Below, piece by piece: positions 54,873-56,911 of a DNA stretch of 56,911 bases. The notes below the pieces were generated by a model that worked only from the letters and a program-made list of their open reading frames with translations, did not search any database and was not told the DNA's origin. The position numbers and the translations under genes were made by a program. The stretch spans positions 1-56,911 of the IMG/VR virus record IMGVR_UViG_3300045988_169529; one strand, written 5' to 3'. Every line of letters begins with the position of its first letter. Positions within the stretch are counted from its first letter, which is position 1. The DNA comes from a virus.

Positions 54873-55436
54873 TTATTTTAAATTATTGTTAATCCAGAAT
54901 AGTATCATCTCCGTAATGGAATGAAGATCAAGCTTAGATTGTATATCAGAACGGTGACGGTCAATCGTATTAGTCGAAAGAGAAAGCTTTTTGGCAATCT
55001 GTTCGGTATTAAGTCCATCCGCATACATACGGAAGATATTAATCTGCTGTTTTGTCAAAGGCAAAGTATACTGAGGATTACAGACAACATTTTCCAATTG
55101 ACAATCACCAGCGCCACGTAACGGGCAATGAACCTGCTCAAAATGGAACGTGTGTTTACTTATATCAACCACATTGGTTTCGTATTCTCCAAAATTACAT
55201 CGGGCAAAACGACTCACAATCCGATAACGATAGTAAGAAGGATTCTGAGCACTCCCTTTATATAGGGAAGATAATGCCAGATAGGCTCCATGATAGTTTT
55301 GCATAATATAATCATGCAAAATGGATATCAAGTCATAGTGGGTAGGCAATAAAATAAAAGCCTCCTGCCCTTCAACAGATACCATAACACCTCCAGAAGG
55401 AGTGTTGTAAAATTCTATGTCATTTAGTTTCAACAT
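54873..55436 (-). CDS. LuxR/GerE-type HTH transcriptional regulator with an unknown N-terminal domain
   Basis: The C-terminus LTKQQINIFRMYADGLNTEQIAKKLSLSTNTIDRHRSDIQSKL is a canonical GerE HTH. Confidence 0.7.
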   Translation of the reverse strand: MLKLNDIEFYNTPSGGVMVSVEGQEAFILLPTHYDLISILHDYIMQNYHGAYLALSSLYKGSAQNPSYYRYRIVSRFARCNFGEYETNVVDISKHTFHFEQVHCPLRGAGDCQLENVVCNPQYTLPLTKQQINIFRMYADGLNTEQIAKKLSLSTNTIDRHRSDIQSKLDLHSITEMILFWINNNLK

Positions 55437-55463
55437 ATTAATGTTTTGTTCCTTATTGTTCCG

Positions 55464-55700
55464 TTACGATTCTGATAAATATCTCATTAAACTATCCTTA
55501 TCTCTAAAAAGTCTTTTTCCCCATTGTGGATAATTGTTTCTGGGCACACTTACACCGTCAGATAGTTTGTAAACCATCAAAAAGCTATCATCCTCATAGG
55601 ATATTTCAATAGTTATTTTGCTTATACTTGTATGGATAATGTTATCCCCGCTCAGATAGCATACGCTATCTCCTACGTTAAATTCAGTATCTATATTCAT
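55464..55700 (-). CDS. Hypothetical protein
   Basis: 78-aa ORF. Confidence 0.5.
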   Translation of the reverse strand: MNIDTEFNVGDSVCYLSGDNIIHTSISKITIEISYEDDSFLMVYKLSDGVSVPRNNYPQWGKRLFRDKDSLMRYLSES

Positions 55701-55713
55701 ACCTGTTCCGTTA

Positions 55714-56196
55714 TTAGTTAATTGGCAGTTTCATAAAACACATCCACATAGTCTTTCCATGTCTTCCAGTAGTATGGCCGAAGAGTGGTTGCCGATTGAT
55801 GGCACTCAATACTTCCCTAACTGTTATCTGATCCTCATTCCATTTGAAAATCAGAACTCCGTAGTCATCCAGAACACGAAAGCATTCATCAATTCCCTTT
55901 TTTATCACCCTTGGCCAATCTTCAGGAAGTTTACCATACTTCTTGGCTAACCAACTATTTTTACCAACCTTTAGCAAATGGGGTGGATCAAACACTACCA
56001 GTTTAAAGGATTTATCCAAAAACGGCATATCGGTAAAGTCCGATACGATGTCTGGGTGGACTTTCAGATTCCGCCCATCACAAAGAATGTATTCTTCGTC
56101 CCTAATGTCAGCAAACAAAGCCAAAGGATTATGTTTGTCAAACCAAAACATCCTACTGCCACAACAGGCATCTAATATTATTTTTGTTTCACTCAT
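55714..56196 (-). CDS. SAM-dependent methyltransferase (small phage MTase family with a DPPH motif)
   Basis: Motif I KIILDACCGSRMFWFDK and motif IV LVVFDPPHL. I place the start at MSETK (56196). Confidence 0.65.
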   Translation of the reverse strand: MSETKIILDACCGSRMFWFDKHNPLALFADIRDEEYILCDGRNLKVHPDIVSDFTDMPFLDKSFKLVVFDPPHLLKVGKNSWLAKKYGKLPEDWPRVIKKGIDECFRVLDDYGVLIFKWNEDQITVREVLSAINRQPLFGHTTGRHGKTMWMCFMKLPIN

Positions 56197-56359
56197 TTCT
56201 GTTCCGTTTTGAATTAAAGTACAAAGCATTTCACCTTGTAAAACAATCTACCTGGTGAACTCATGGCATAAACGTCTCCGTTGGCAAATTCAATTTTATT
56301 GCCTGTGCAGTTGATTATTCTATTATCTTCACTCTCCAATTTAAGAACCTCTTCTTTTG

Positions 56360-56632
56360 TCATATTTCATCCTCCTCTATTTCAAGTAAGACATTAAGTT
56401 CCACACTATCCGTAAATCCATCATCAGGATATACAGTTTCTTTTTCTACATATTCAATCCCGTGAACACGTATAAATTTAGCGTTCTCTTCATCCCAGTT
56501 TGATTCTGTTCTATCTGTGAGCATAAATACATTGGCTGATTTAGGCATTTTTTTAAGCTTTTCTATAAGCTCTCCAACAGTTAATGTTTTCATAATTTTA
56601 TTCCTTTTTAATTTAATATTAATCATCTTCAA
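56360..56632 (-). CDS. Hypothetical small acidic protein
   Basis: 90-aa track ORF (TTG start; an internal ATG start at MKTLTVGELIEKL is likely). Confidence 0.5.
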   Translation of the reverse strand: MKMINIKLKRNKIMKTLTVGELIEKLKKMPKSANVFMLTDRTESNWDEENAKFIRVHGIEYVEKETVYPDDGFTDSVELNVLLEIEEDEI

Positions 56633-56837
56633 CGAAAGTGTTAGTCGTGTTTATCACACCAGCAGAATCAACGCTCTTACCATCCCGGATAAACACTTTT
56701 TCTCGCATTAACTCTTCATAGTCATATCGTGACATTCCGATTACACACACACGACCATCAACATACAATTTACATTTCATTAATTCAGTTTCTTCTATCG
56801 GACCGATAACATCTATTTGAATTGTTCTTTTATTCAT
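56619..56837 (-). CDS. Hypothetical protein, first gene inward of the right repeat
   Basis: 72-aa ORF with AAAGGA 8 nt upstream of the ATG. Confidence 0.55.
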   Translation of the reverse strand: MNKRTIQIDVIGPIEETELMKCKLYVDGRVCVIGMSRYDYEELMREKVFIRDGKSVDSAGVINTTNTFVEDD

Positions 56838-56856
56838 AATTCATTCCTTTCTAAAT

Positions 56857-56911
56857 TAGTTTTGAGTTATTTGAATAAGTTTTTCATGGACTTGTTTATC
56901 GCATCCAGTTT
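56857..56911. repeat. Right copy of the perfect 55-bp inverted terminal repeat
   Basis: Exact reverse complement of nt 1-55. It contains TAGTTTTG (56857-56864) and an outward ATG at 56886. Confidence 0.95.

Noticed and set aside
1-56911. Protein-primed or hairpin-telomere linear replicon as the explanation for the inverted ends
   Set aside because: I recognised no family-B DNA polymerase, terminal protein or protelomerase/tyrosine-recombinase-like ORF. The large unassigned ORFs sit in clear virion-module positions. This is retained only as an alternative in the ITR finding.

Overview
The window reads as an essentially genome-length (56.9 kb) tailed dsDNA phage (Caudoviricetes). It looks siphovirus-like: there is a 1064-aa tape measure and I recognised no sheath. 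A short plus-strand arm (63..6518) carries about 12 small early or auxiliary genes, including DUF551-, ASCH- and MazG-like proteins, followed by terS-terL. At about 6.5-7.4 kb it converges with one very long minus-strand array running from 56837 down to 7491. That array holds, in order: small early genes, a SAM methyltransferase, LuxR-type and Myb-like HTH regulators, a 1337-aa DnaG-primase/helicase fusion, a P22-Ant-N-like protein, an iteron plus AT-rich ori-like region (47.4-47.8 kb), an S49 prohead protease, a putative major capsid protein, a second large terminase next to a portal, head-tail genes, holin plus amidase, tail genes, the tape measure, tail-tip proteins, three large fibre/spike genes and a tandem set of small fibre-tip cassettes. 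I recognised no integrase, repressor, DNA polymerase, tRNA, CRISPR array or reverse transcriptase. The host is probably a gut Bacteroidota-type bacterium. This is inference from one TTTG-N19-TAnnTTTG promoter match, the lack of a Shine-Dalgarno motif before most structural genes, and the fibre N-termini; it is not proven. The observations most worth a second look are: (1) four or five alternative fibre-tip cassettes in tandem, each preceded by the same short CTGGGA junction, which looks like a receptor-binding-tip switching locus with no recombinase in view; (2) two unrelated large terminases in one element; (3) a perfect 55-bp inverted terminal repeat with an outward-facing promoter and ORF start, which suggests a missing or invertible segment or an assembly-graph effect; (4) an A9 slippery run that would join two adjacent ORFs in the -1 frame; (5) 14 copies of GACCAACA around an AT tract; (6) a duplicated small-protein module heading two long structured leaders. 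All functional calls rest on motif recognition by eye. No database search was run.
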